Source: Candidatus Eiseniibacteriota bacterium
Lineage (GTDB): Bacteria; Eisenbacteria; RBG-16-71-46
DNA: 64,000 nucleotides
Assembly: GCA_041483195.1 (NCBI GenBank)
Contig: JBGPFC010000003.1
Span: 128,001-192,000, forward strand
Direction of reading: 5' to 3'
Shown: in pieces, positions 43,036-52,775 of the stretch
Numbering within the stretch: the stretch's first letter is position 1
Layout: every line of letters begins with the position of its first letter
The notes under the pieces: model-generated
Told to the model about the DNA's origin: nothing
What the model saw: only the letters and a program-made list of their open reading frames with translations
Database searches by the model: none
Program-made: the position numbers and the translations under genes

Positions 43036-44299
43036 TCCACGCCGCCGAGAGTCGCCGCGCCAGCTCGCGCGTGAACCGGTAGCCCGCGAACAGCGCGTCG
43101 GGGGCGGTGTGCTCATCGGGCGCGTGGCTGATGCCGCCGCGGCTCGGCACGAACGCCATGAGCGATGGCACTCCGGCGCGCGCGAACTCCATGGCGTCGT
43201 GCGCGGCGCCGCTCGCCATGCGGCGGTGGCGCATGCCCAGTTCGCGCGCGAGCGCCTCGGCCTGCGCGGCGAGCGCGCTCGAGAGCGGCGTCGGGTCCTG
43301 GCGCGAGGCGGGCTCGAGCGCGAGCGCGACCCCGCGCCGCGCCGCGATCGCGCGCGCGCGGCCCTCGAGATCGCACTCCATCGCGGCGAGGATCGCGGCG
43401 TCGGTGTGCCGAACCTCGAGCCACAGCTCGCACGCGCCGGGCACGACGTTGAACAGTCCGGGCCTGGGCGAGACGTTGCCGGCGGTCGCGACCGCCGGCT
43501 CGCCGCGCTCGAGTGCGAGCGCCTCGGCGGCGAGGACGATCTCGGCGGCCGCCGCGAGCGCGTCGTGCCGCATGCGCTGCGGCGTGGTGCCCGAGTGGCG
43601 GGCCTCGCCGGTGAGGCGCGCGCGCAGCCGGCGATAGCCGGCGATGTGATCGACGATGCCGAGCGCATCGCCCTCGCGCTCCAGCAACGGGCCCTGCTCG
43701 ATGTGCGGCTCGAGCATGAGCGCGGGCCGGAAGGGCGGCGCGAACGGGAGTGCGCCCGGTCCGAGCGGCGCCGCGCAGCCGGCCGCGCGCGCCGCCTCGA
43801 GCGCCGCGCCCCACGCGATGCCGCCGCCGTCGGTCACGGCCGCCAGCTCTTCGGAGCGGGCGAGCCCGAGCAGGCTGCGCGCGCCCATCATGTGCGCGTG
43901 GAAGCGGCTCTCCTCCTCCTCGCATGTGACGAAGCCCACCACGGGGAGCTTCCCGGTGCCGCGCAGCTCTGCGGCGATCAGCAGCCCCGCGACCGCGCCG
44001 TACGCGCCGTCGAAGCGTCCGCCCTGCACGACCGAGTCGAGATGCGAGCCCACCATGAGCACCGGCGGCGGCGGCCCGTCGGAATCGAGCGCCGGATCGT
44101 GGAAGAAGAGATTGCCCGCGGAATCGAAGCGCGCGCTCAACCCGAACGCGGCCGCGCGCTCGCGCAGCCAGCGGTGCGCATCGCACCAGTGACGATCGTA
44201 CGCGAGCCGCGTCACGCCCGGTCCCCCGTCGCTGAAGCGCGCGAGCGTTTCGAGCGATTCGGCGAGCGTGCGCTCCGTGACCTCGACCGCGGTGGGCAT
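43028..44299 (-). CDS. allC: M20 Zn-amidohydrolase, likely allantoate amidohydrolase
   Basis: ATG 44299. GSHLDSV..GGRFDG, EEESRF, HIEQGP, HSGTTP, SGAAHDA, GISHAPDE motifs. Lies between allB and uraD. Confidence 0.8.
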   Translation of the reverse strand: MPTAVEVTERTLAESLETLARFSDGGPGVTRLAYDRHWCDAHRWLRERAAAFGLSARFDSAGNLFFHDPALDSDGPPPPVLMVGSHLDSVVQGGRFDGAYGAVAGLLIAAELRGTGKLPVVGFVTCEEEESRFHAHMMGARSLLGLARSEELAAVTDGGGIAWGAALEAARAAGCAAPLGPGALPFAPPFRPALMLEPHIEQGPLLEREGDALGIVDHIAGYRRLRARLTGEARHSGTTPQRMRHDALAAAAEIVLAAEALALERGEPAVATAGNVSPRPGLFNVVPGACELWLEVRHTDAAILAAMECDLEGRARAIAARRGVALALEPASRQDPTPLSSALAAQAEALARELGMRHRRMASGAAHDAMEFARAGVPSLMAFVPSRGGISHAPDEHTAPDALFAGYRFTRELARRLSAAWNG

Positions 44300-44310
44300 G
44301 GCGCGCGACC

Positions 44311-45690
44311 CTAGCCCAACTCTCCGCGCGCCACCACCGCGCGCTCGATCACGCGGCCGCGCGGCTCCCCAACGACCCGCCCGGCTTCGTAGGCCAGCTC
44401 GCCGCGCAGGTAGGTGCGCTCGACGCGGCCGGTCAGCTGGCGTCCGGCCCATGCTGTGATCGGGTGGCGCTGGTGGAGCCGCTCCGCTTCGACCCTCCAC
44501 TCCCCCTCCGCGTCCCACGCGATCAGGTCGGCGTCCTGCCCGACCGCGATCGCGCCCTTCACGCCGTCGAGCCCCGCGAGCCGCGCCGGGCGCGCGCTCA
44601 GCCAGCGCGCGAGATCGCACGGGGTGAAGCCGCGCACGCGGGCCCAGGTCCAGAGCGCCGCGAGCCCGATCTCGAGCGATGCGATGCCGCCCCATGCCTC
44701 GAAGAAATCGCCGCCCTCCATGCGTTTCATCTCGGGCGGGCACGGCGAATGGTCGGACGCCACGAAGTCGATCACGCCTTCGCCGAGCGCGTCCCACAGC
44801 GCGTCGCGATGCGCGCGCCCGCGGATCGGCGGCGCGCACTTGAAGAGCGTCGCGCCGTCCCCGATTTCCTCTGCGGCGAACGCGAGGTAGTGGGGGGAGG
44901 TCTCGACCGTGATCGGAAGCCCGCGCCGCTTGGCCTGGCGCAGCATCGGCAGCGCGCCCGCCGAGGCGAGGTGGACGATGTGGACGCGGCAGCGGGTCTC
45001 CTCGCACAGGCGCATCATCATCGCGATCGCCTCGTGCTCCGCCTCGCACGGGCGCGAGCCGAGCCAGGTCGCGTAACGCCGCGGATCCTGGGCCTGCACC
45101 AACGCGCGCACCGCCTCGATCGGCCCCGGCAGCTCGGCGTGCACCAGCAGCGGCAGGCCGAGCCGCTCGATCGCGGGCATCGCGGCGCGCAGCTCCGGCT
45201 CGCCGACGCTGGGAAATTCGTCGACGCCGGACGGGACGAGGAAGCACTTGAACCCGCGCACGCCGGCCGCGGCGAGCGACCCCAGCTCGCCAGCGTTGCC
45301 CGGCACCACGCCGCCCCAGAAACCGACGTCCACCGCGCAGTTTCCGGCGGTCGCGTCGCGCTTCGCGCGCAACGCCGCCTCGTTCACGGTCGCCGGCACG
45401 CTGTTGAGCGGCATGTCCACCAGCGTCGTGATTCCGCCCGCCGCGGCGGCGCGCGTCGCGCAACGGAAGCCCTCCCACTCCACGCGCCCCGGTTCGTCGA
45501 CGTGCACGTGCGTGTCCACCAGGCCGGGCAGCAGGTGGAGTTCGCCCAGGTCCTCCGCGCCGCGCGCCGCCGGATCGCTCGCGGGCAGCAGCGCCGCGAT
45601 GCGCCCGCCGCGCGCGACCACCACCAGGTCCTCGATGCCGCGCGGGGTCACGGTGCGCCGCGAGCGCAGGAGCAGATCGCCGGTCGTCAT
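44311..45690 (-). CDS. allB: Allantoinase
   Basis: PGLVDTHVH, DMPLNS, GFKCFL, VHAE, FKCAPPIR, ASDHSPC, AWGGI motifs. Confidence 0.93.
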   Translation of the reverse strand: MTTGDLLLRSRRTVTPRGIEDLVVVARGGRIAALLPASDPAARGAEDLGELHLLPGLVDTHVHVDEPGRVEWEGFRCATRAAAAGGITTLVDMPLNSVPATVNEAALRAKRDATAGNCAVDVGFWGGVVPGNAGELGSLAAAGVRGFKCFLVPSGVDEFPSVGEPELRAAMPAIERLGLPLLVHAELPGPIEAVRALVQAQDPRRYATWLGSRPCEAEHEAIAMMMRLCEETRCRVHIVHLASAGALPMLRQAKRRGLPITVETSPHYLAFAAEEIGDGATLFKCAPPIRGRAHRDALWDALGEGVIDFVASDHSPCPPEMKRMEGGDFFEAWGGIASLEIGLAALWTWARVRGFTPCDLARWLSARPARLAGLDGVKGAIAVGQDADLIAWDAEGEWRVEAERLHQRHPITAWAGRQLTGRVERTYLRGELAYEAGRVVGEPRGRVIERAVVARGELG

Positions 45691-45697
45691 GGCGTGC

Positions 45698-45703
45698 AGG
45701 ATA
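45698..45703 (-). promoter_or_regulatory. -10 element for a likely leaderless allB transcript
   Basis: TATCCT 7 nt before ATG 45690, no Shine-Dalgarno. Confidence 0.4.
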
Positions 45704-45790
45704 GGGCGCGCGCTCGTGAGATGCACGGCGCACCCTGCGAATTATCTTGCACGGCCCGCGAATCACCAATGTTTCCGCGGCGGACGCGGA

Positions 45791-45806
45791 TGGAACGCGG
45801 GTTGCA
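45791..45806 (+). promoter_or_regulatory. Sigma-54-type promoter candidate
   Basis: TGGAACGCGGGTTGCA = GG-N10-GC, close to the TGGCAC-N5-TTGCA consensus. Confidence 0.5.
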
Positions 45807-45881
45807 CTCTTGCGAGGAGTGCATCGTGACGCTCGCGTCCCCGGCGCGGCGATCACACGGACCTTGGACTCGGAGGTGGCC

Positions 45882-46439
45882 GTGACCGCAGCGCTCTGGC
45901 TCGCGTCCTCGTTGATCGCACTCAGCTCTCCCGCGCCGTTCGCCTCCGTCACGCCGTCGTCCGCGCCCGGCCCCGATGTGATCGCCGGCGCGCCGGCCCC
46001 CGACTTCGCCTACCGGTCGACCGAGCAGCGCTGGACCCGGCTCGATGACGCGCTCGCGGGCGGCGACGTGTTGCTGGTGATCGGCGCGGGCGAGCCGCAG
46101 ATCGTTCAGCTCCAGCGCGAGCGCGCGGCGCTGATCGCGCACGGCGTGATTCCGATCGCGGTGATCGACATGAAGGACAGTCCCGCCTGGTCGCTCGCGC
46201 AGCGACTGGGCGTCACGTTCAGCCTGCTCTCGGATCCGCGCCACGACATCGCGAGCGCCTATCGCGTCGCGGAGTCGGCCGATGGCCGGCCCGGCCAGGC
46301 GTGGTTCGCGATCGATCGCGACGGCCGCGTGCGCGCCTGTGGGCGCCGGCTCGATGGCATCCCCAGCTTCAACGATCTCGCCTGCGCCTCCTTCGGGACC
46401 GGCGTGACGATCGGCGCGATCTCAGACGCCACGCAGTAA
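45882..46439 (+). CDS. Exported AhpC/TSA (redoxin)-fold protein lacking the active-site CxxC
   Basis: GTG after GGAGG, signal peptide, GAPAPDF...FSLLSDP...IASAY...FAIDRDGRVR. Confidence 0.7.
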   Translation: MTAALWLASSLIALSSPAPFASVTPSSAPGPDVIAGAPAPDFAYRSTEQRWTRLDDALAGGDVLLVIGAGEPQIVQLQRERAALIAHGVIPIAVIDMKDSPAWSLAQRLGVTFSLLSDPRHDIASAYRVAESADGRPGQAWFAIDRDGRVRACGRRLDGIPSFNDLACASFGTGVTIGAISDATQ

Positions 46440-46457
46440 GGAGTTCGCACTCTCAAC

Positions 46458-46496
46458 TCGCGGGCGCGCTCGAGGGAACGCGCCCGCGATCTTGTT
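46458..46496 (+). terminator. Putative terminator after the redoxin gene
   Basis: 11-bp stem TCGCGGGCGCG/CGCGCCCGCGA followed by TCTTGTT. Confidence 0.5.
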
Positions 46497-46681
46497 GCCC
46501 GGCCGGCCCCTGTATCGCCATGCGGAAAGTTCTTTCCCATAGCGGCCGCCCGTGCCAGACTTCCGGCCGGCCGCCCGCGCCCCTGAAAACCCCGGGGCCG
46601 CCTGCATTCGCACCGCGCCTGATCGCGCGTGCGGCCACCGTCCACGAAGCAGCGCTCACTCGTTTCGAACGAGGTCGCGCC

Positions 46682-49180
46682 ATGGCCGAAGCGATCACGA
46701 ACTCCCAGTCCTTCGGAGCCGCGCCGCAGCCTCCCGCACGCACGGCGGCCGATGTCCGCATCGGGCTCGCGTTCTCGGGCGGAGGCTTCCGCGCCTCGCT
46801 CTTCCACCTCGGAACGCTCACGCGGCTCGCCGAGCTGGACCTGCTGCGCCACGTGAGCGTGCTCTCGACCGTCTCGGGCGGCTCGGTGATCGCCGCGCAC
46901 TACATGCTGTATCTCAAGCAGGCGCTCGACGGGCACGCCTCGGGCACGCTGACCCGGGACGAATACATCGCGCTGGTGAAGCGGCTCCAGGACGACTTCA
47001 CGGGCGGTATGCGAAACGGGCTGCGCAATCGCATGCTCGTAAACCCGCTGAAGAACTTCCGCATGCTCTATGGGCTGATCTCCCGCACCGGGTGGAGGGC
47101 GGGACTCTATCGGGTGACGCTTCTGCGCTGGACGTTCGGCGTGATGTCGCTCACCGAGCGGATGGTGGACCTCTACCAGCGCTTTCTGTTCCGCTCCATC
47201 ACCGAGTCCATCCTGAGAGCGCGGCTTCCGCGCGAGTACGAAGGCATCCCGCTCCACCGCATGAAAGTGCTCCCGGTAAAGTTGATCGGAACCGCGGACA
47301 TCGAGCAATACAATCGAGAGCGCGCAACGGATCGCATCCCTCGGCTGGTGCTGAATTCCGCGTGCCTCAACACCGGACGCAAGTTCCTCTTCACGTTCGT
47401 CGAGGTCGGCGATCACGACCTCGGGTTCCTGCGCTACGACGAGCGCTGGCTGGTCCTGAGCTACAAGCGCCTGCTGGAGCTGGCGACCGATGCCGCGTGG
47501 TCGGGGACGACCAAACCCGGGCAGTGGCTAAGCGAGCAATACAAGGAGATCCACGATTCGCTGAGCAAGAGAGTCGCGAGCGCGAAGAGCCGGCGAGGCG
47601 CTCCCGATCCGCGCGACTCCGACGCGCACGAGAACACGAAGTTCCCAGGGCTCACCCCGGCGCATCTGGTGTGGTGGATCGCGATCGAGGCGCTCGAAGC
47701 CGCCGCGCTGCGCAAACCCTCCGCGCTCGAGGACGACCTGCCGGACCTCGCGGGCGAAGCGTTCAAGCGTTTGCCGCTGGCCGCCGCGCGCGAGCTCTCG
47801 GAGGCGGTGGATCGCATCTGCGAGCCGTGGGGCGACGCCCTGACGCTGGCGCGTGCGCCGTTCGGAGTCCTGCGTCGCGCGAAGATCGCGGCGTGGTATC
47901 TCCTCGACGACGGCGGATGGCGGGACAAGGATGGGCGTCCGATCGATCGCCGCGACGACTACAAGCACGAGGAGCACCGCGAGCGCTTCTGGCGCGCGAT
48001 CGGCGACATCGACCCGGGCCTCTTGCTGAGACTCCGTGGGAAGGTCCGCGGCCTGGATTACGAGCGGCTGGTCTACGCGCTGGTCCTCGACCTCTACTAC
48101 TTCCGGAGCGCGAGGGTGTTCAGCTGGAGCGCCGGGGAAGTCCTCGAGCGCCTCACGATCACCATGGGCGCGGCGGCCTCCGCCAATTTCCCTCCGGTGT
48201 TCGCCCCGTATCGAATCCACGGGCTCTACGAGCCCAAGCTGGTGAAAAACGTCGCGCTCAGCGACGGCGGCCTCAACGACAACCAGGGGATCGAGACGCT
48301 GATGGAGGAGGAGTGCACGCACGTCATCGCGAGCGACGCCGGGGAGCCGCGCCAGCCCGAGCGGAGCATCGCCTTGAACCGCGCGGGGATGCTGGCGCAG
48401 ATCCTGGTGAACTCGCTCACCATCGTGCAGAACATCCAGTTGCGCGCGCTGCGCGAGAGCCAGCGCGTCACGTCCACCGTGATCAAGACGGACCGGCTGG
48501 CGCTCACCGCCGCGCAGCGGGAAGCGCTTGGGCCGCTGCGCGAGCGATACTCGCTCGAGTCGGAGGCGTTCTTCCAACTCGGATCGAACACCAGCGAGGG
48601 TCTGCCTGCGGCGACTCAACCACCGCCGCCTCCGGCTCACCCGCTCGCAGATCTGATCGCGCCCACCCGGACCGATCTCGACGCATTCGGCGAGATCGAA
48701 TGCGACGCGCTCGTCTATCAGGGCTATCAGCTCTGCGACCGTTTCGTGCGCCGCTACGTGCTTCTGCCAGATCTGATCGCGAGGCTCGAGCCGAGGCCCG
48801 CGGTCGTCCCGGCCGCATTGAATGTTCCCTATCCCGGCGAGGACGCCGAGCGATGGCGTCATGCGCGCGTGCTCAAGGCTGCGCACAGTATTGCGTTCCG
48901 AGCGCTGGCGATTCGTTGGTTCCGGGGCGAAGAGAAGAAGCGGCTCTGGGCGATCCCGCTTCTGGTCGTCGTGCTCTTCACGGCGCCCGCGTGGTGGCAG
49001 GTCGCGATATTCCGCTGGCACCACACCCTCCCGCCGATCCAAGGTCATCTTCTCGAGTATGCCCTCCTGATTGGCAAGGGTCTCCTGCTGTTGATTGCGA
49101 GCTCGATCCTCGCCCTGACCGGGTTCGGCCTCTGGATGCGCATCGACGGGATCCTCGCGTGGAGGGCGGCGAAGCGCTGA
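46682..49180 (+). CDS. Patatin-like phospholipase with large internal insert and C-terminal TM helices
   Basis: ATG after GAGGT. GLAFSGGGFRA, STVSGGS, AASANFPPVF, LSDGGLNDN, RTDLDAF motifs. Confidence 0.85.
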   Translation: MAEAITNSQSFGAAPQPPARTAADVRIGLAFSGGGFRASLFHLGTLTRLAELDLLRHVSVLSTVSGGSVIAAHYMLYLKQALDGHASGTLTRDEYIALVKRLQDDFTGGMRNGLRNRMLVNPLKNFRMLYGLISRTGWRAGLYRVTLLRWTFGVMSLTERMVDLYQRFLFRSITESILRARLPREYEGIPLHRMKVLPVKLIGTADIEQYNRERATDRIPRLVLNSACLNTGRKFLFTFVEVGDHDLGFLRYDERWLVLSYKRLLELATDAAWSGTTKPGQWLSEQYKEIHDSLSKRVASAKSRRGAPDPRDSDAHENTKFPGLTPAHLVWWIAIEALEAAALRKPSALEDDLPDLAGEAFKRLPLAAARELSEAVDRICEPWGDALTLARAPFGVLRRAKIAAWYLLDDGGWRDKDGRPIDRRDDYKHEEHRERFWRAIGDIDPGLLLRLRGKVRGLDYERLVYALVLDLYYFRSARVFSWSAGEVLERLTITMGAAASANFPPVFAPYRIHGLYEPKLVKNVALSDGGLNDNQGIETLMEEECTHVIASDAGEPRQPERSIALNRAGMLAQILVNSLTIVQNIQLRALRESQRVTSTVIKTDRLALTAAQREALGPLRERYSLESEAFFQLGSNTSEGLPAATQPPPPPAHPLADLIAPTRTDLDAFGEIECDALVYQGYQLCDRFVRRYVLLPDLIARLEPRPAVVPAALNVPYPGEDAERWRHARVLKAAHSIAFRALAIRWFRGEEKKRLWAIPLLVVVLFTAPAWWQVAIFRWHHTLPPIQGHLLEYALLIGKGLLLLIASSILALTGFGLWMRIDGILAWRAAKR

Positions 49181-49192
49181 GCGCGACCGCGC

Positions 49193-49201
49193 TGCTATAC
49201 T
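49193..49201 (+). promoter_or_regulatory. Extended -10 promoter for a likely leaderless oppA transcript
   Basis: TGCTATACT 8 nt before ATG 49210, no Shine-Dalgarno. Confidence 0.5.
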
Positions 49202-49209
49202 GCGAGTCC

Positions 49210-50943
49210 ATGATTCGCGCCCGTTCGCTCGCGCTCGCCGCCGCCCTCGCGCTGCCGCTCGGCGCGTGCGCTCCCGCCTCGCCGCCGATCGCGCGCACGG
49301 CATCGAGCGCTGCGCGCTACTTCGGCGACGTGACGCCGCCCACCGACAACGTGCTGCGCTTCAACCTGGGCGCGGAGCCCGAGACCTACGATCCCGGGCT
49401 CGCGGTGGGCCAGCCTGACGGGCGCGTCGCGCGCATCCTGTTCGAGGGGCTCACGCGCGAGGACCCGAAGACGCTCGCGCCGCTTCCGGGGCAGGCCTAT
49501 CGCTGGGACATCAGCGCGGACCGTCTCACCTACACGTTCCACCTGCGGCCCGGCATCGCGTGGAGCGACGGCACGCCGGTCACCGCGCGCGACTTTCGCT
49601 GGTCGTGGCTGCGCGTGCTGCGGCCCGAGAACGCCGCGCGCTACGCGAGCATGCTCTACCCGGTCGAGAACGCGGAGGGCTACAGCAAGGGCACGATCGC
49701 CGACGAGAACCGCGTCGCGATCGCGGCGCCCGACGACAGCACGCTGATCGTGAAGCTGGCGCAGCCCACCCCGTACTTCCTCTACCTCACCCAGTTCTAC
49801 ACCTGCCTCCCGGTGCCGAGGCCTGCGATCGAGCGCTACGGCAACCGCTGGACGCGGCCCGAGAACATCGTGTGCAACGGCGCGTTCCTGCTCAAGTACT
49901 GGCGCCAGAACGACCGTTTCGAGTTCGTGAAGAACCCGCGCTACTGGGACGCCGCGAACGTGCGGCTCGACGGGCTCACGGCCTACACCGTCGAGGACCT
50001 CAACACCTCGGTGAACCTGTACAAATCCGGCGTGTTCGACTGGTGCCCGAGCGGATACATGCCCTCGGCGTTCATTCCCTACCTGCGCGAGTACGCGGAT
50101 TTTCGCCACGGCAACTACCAGGGCGTTTACTTCTACACGATCAACGTCACGCGCAAGCCGTACGACAACGTCTGGGTGAGGCGCGCGCTCAACGCTGCGG
50201 TGGACCGCGACGCGATCGCGAACGATCTGCTCAAGCACAGCCGCGAGCCGTGGGGTAACGCCGCGCCGACCGGTTATCCCGGCTACGAGCACCCCGCCGG
50301 CCTTCGCTACGACCCCGACCTCGCCCGCGCGGATCTCGCGCGCGCGGGCTTCCCGGGCGGCAGGGGATTTCCGAAGCTCGCGATCCTGATCAACACCAGC
50401 GAGGATCACCGCCGCATCGCCGAGGCCATCCAGGAGATGTGGAAGCGCGTGCTCTCGATCGAAGTCGAGATCTCGAACCAGGAATGGGGCTCATATCTGC
50501 AAGCCACCACCGCGCTCCAGTACGACGTCGCGCGGCGCTCGTGGATCGGCGACTACCTCGATCCCAACACCTTCCTCGGCATGTACATGACCGGCGACGG
50601 CAACAACCGCACCGGCTGGAGCCATCCGCGCTATGACGGCATGCTGCGCGCCGCCGCGCGCGAGGTGAACCCGGCGAAGCGCATGGCGATCCTGCGCGAC
50701 GCCGAGGCGCTGCTGCTGAGCGAGGGGCCGGAGATCCCGATCTACCATTACTCCACCAACGAGCTGGTGAAGCCCTACGTGCGCGGCATCTACCAGACCG
50801 CGCTCGACATCCACCCGCTCACCTACGTGTGGATCGATCGCGACTGGCGGCGACACGCGCCCGAATCGCCGTTCGCCGACGCGGCGCCCGCGCGCCCCGC
50901 CTCCGCGATCGCACGCGCGGCATCGGCTCCCGGCGCGCGCTGA
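49210..50943 (+). CDS. oppA: Oligopeptide ABC transporter substrate-binding lipoprotein
   Basis: Lipobox LGAC. EPETYDP, YTFHLR...WSDGTPVTARDF, WIGDYLDP motifs. Confidence 0.9.
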   Translation: MIRARSLALAAALALPLGACAPASPPIARTASSAARYFGDVTPPTDNVLRFNLGAEPETYDPGLAVGQPDGRVARILFEGLTREDPKTLAPLPGQAYRWDISADRLTYTFHLRPGIAWSDGTPVTARDFRWSWLRVLRPENAARYASMLYPVENAEGYSKGTIADENRVAIAAPDDSTLIVKLAQPTPYFLYLTQFYTCLPVPRPAIERYGNRWTRPENIVCNGAFLLKYWRQNDRFEFVKNPRYWDAANVRLDGLTAYTVEDLNTSVNLYKSGVFDWCPSGYMPSAFIPYLREYADFRHGNYQGVYFYTINVTRKPYDNVWVRRALNAAVDRDAIANDLLKHSREPWGNAAPTGYPGYEHPAGLRYDPDLARADLARAGFPGGRGFPKLAILINTSEDHRRIAEAIQEMWKRVLSIEVEISNQEWGSYLQATTALQYDVARRSWIGDYLDPNTFLGMYMTGDGNNRTGWSHPRYDGMLRAAAREVNPAKRMAILRDAEALLLSEGPEIPIYHYSTNELVKPYVRGIYQTALDIHPLTYVWIDRDWRRHAPESPFADAAPARPASAIARAASAPGAR

Positions 50944-50946
50944 TCC

Positions 50947-51864
50947 GTGCTCAGCTTCGTCGTCCGGCGCGCGCTGCTCATGATCCCCACGCTGTGGGCG
51001 ATCGCGACCGTCGCGTTCTTCCTGATGCACGCGGCGCCCGGCGGGCCGTTCCAGGCCGAGAAGGCGATCCCGGTCGCCGTGAAGGCGCAGCTCATGCACA
51101 AGTACGGGCTCGATCAGCCGCTGCGCGTGCAGTACGTGCGGTTCCTCTCGAACACCGCGCGGCTCGACTTCGGCCCCTCGTACAAGTTTCCGTCGCGCCA
51201 GGTGCGCGAGATCATCGCGGAAGCGCTGCCGGTCTCGGCCGAGCTCGCCGGCTGGGCGCTGCTGCTCGCGATCCTGATCGGCGTGCCGGTCGGCATCTTC
51301 GCCGCGGTGCGGCAGAACTCGCTCGCTGACTTCGCGTCGATGGCGGGCGCGCTCGCGGGCGTCTCGATCCCCAACTTCGTGCTGGGGCCGGTGCTGGTGC
51401 TCGGCCTCTCGCTCTCGCTCTACGTGCTGCCGCCCGCGCTGTGGCAGAGCCCGGCGAGCCGCGTGCTCCCGGTGGTTACGCTCGCCACGGCCTACGTCGC
51501 CTACATTGCGCGCCTCACGCGCGCCGGGATGCTCGAGGTACTGCGCCAGGACTTCATCCGCACCGCGCGCGCCAAGGGGCTGACGGAGCGGGCCGTCGTC
51601 TACAAGCACGCGCTCAAGCTCGGCATCCTGCCGGTCGTGTCGTTCATCGGCCCCGCCACCGCGCGCATCATGATGGGCTCGATCGTGGTGGAGAGCATCT
51701 TCGCGGTGCCCGGGCTCGGGCGCTACCTGGTGAACGCGGCGTTCAACCGTGACTACACGCTGGTGATGGGCGAGGTGCTGTTCTACGCGGCGCTGCTCAT
51801 GTCGCTCAACCTGATCGTAGACGTCGCCTACACGTTCCTCGATCCGCGCGTGGAGCTGGCGTGA
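50947..51864 (+). CDS. oppB: Oligopeptide ABC transporter permease
   Basis: APGGPF, YGLDQPL, DFIRTARAKGL, NRDY, DPRV motifs. Confidence 0.92.
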   Translation: MLSFVVRRALLMIPTLWAIATVAFFLMHAAPGGPFQAEKAIPVAVKAQLMHKYGLDQPLRVQYVRFLSNTARLDFGPSYKFPSRQVREIIAEALPVSAELAGWALLLAILIGVPVGIFAAVRQNSLADFASMAGALAGVSIPNFVLGPVLVLGLSLSLYVLPPALWQSPASRVLPVVTLATAYVAYIARLTRAGMLEVLRQDFIRTARAKGLTERAVVYKHALKLGILPVVSFIGPATARIMMGSIVVESIFAVPGLGRYLVNAAFNRDYTLVMGEVLFYAALLMSLNLIVDVAYTFLDPRVELA

Positions 51865-52775
51865 GCATCGGAATCGCGCCACCCGCTTACATCGGCGCGC
51901 CCGCGATCGAGAGCCCGCCGGCTAAGAGCCTGTGGAGCGACGCGTGGCGGCGGCTACGCCGCAATCGCGCCGCGGTCGCCTCCGCAGCTTTCCTCGCGTG
52001 GATCAGCTTCACGGCGGTGGCCGCCCCGGTGCTGCCCGGGCTCCAGGACCCGACCTCGCAGGATCTCAAGCTGGGCGCGGTCGCGCCATCGATCGCGCAC
52101 TGGTTTGGCACCGACGAGCTGGGCCGCGACACCTTCGCGCGCGTGATCTACGGCGGCCGCATCTCGCTGCTGGTCGGGCTGGTGGGTACGTTCGTGAGCC
52201 TGCTAATCGGCGTGAGCTGGGGCGCGGTGGCCGGCTATCGCGGCGGGCGGCTAGACGACTTCATGATGCGGATCGTGGACATCCTCTACTCGCTCCCCTA
52301 CATCTTCCTCGTCATCCTGCTGCTGGTGTTCTTCAGCCGCAGCCTGATCATGCTGTTCGTGGCGCTCGGGCTGGTGCAGTGGCTCACCATGGCGCGCATC
52401 GTGCGCGGGCAGGTGCTCTCGCTCAAGCAGCAGACGTTCGTCGAGGCGGCGCGCGCGCTGGGCGCCGGCGATCGGAGCATCATCTTCCGCCACATCGTGC
52501 CCAACACGCTGGGGCCGGTGATCGTGTACACCACGCTCACCGTGCCGGCCGTGATCCTCCAGGAGGCGTTCCTCTCGTTCCTCGGGCTCGGCGTGCAGCC
52601 GCCCGCCGCCTCGTGGGGAACGCTGGTGTCGGACGGCGCGCGATTGCTGGCGCTATTTCCGTGGCTCGTGGTGTTTCCCGGGGTCGCGCTCTCGCTCACG
52701 CTGCTGTGCTTCAACTTCCTGGGCGACGGATTGCGCGACGCGCTCGACCCGCAGGACCGGGCGGACGTGGCGTAG
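51861..52775 (+). CDS. oppC: Oligopeptide ABC transporter permease
   Basis: HWFGTDELGRD, FVEAARALGA, LSFLGLG, NFLGDGLRDALDP motifs. Confidence 0.92.
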   Translation: MSIGIAPPAYIGAPAIESPPAKSLWSDAWRRLRRNRAAVASAAFLAWISFTAVAAPVLPGLQDPTSQDLKLGAVAPSIAHWFGTDELGRDTFARVIYGGRISLLVGLVGTFVSLLIGVSWGAVAGYRGGRLDDFMMRIVDILYSLPYIFLVILLLVFFSRSLIMLFVALGLVQWLTMARIVRGQVLSLKQQTFVEAARALGAGDRSIIFRHIVPNTLGPVIVYTTLTVPAVILQEAFLSFLGLGVQPPAASWGTLVSDGARLLALFPWLVVFPGVALSLTLLCFNFLGDGLRDALDPQDRADVA

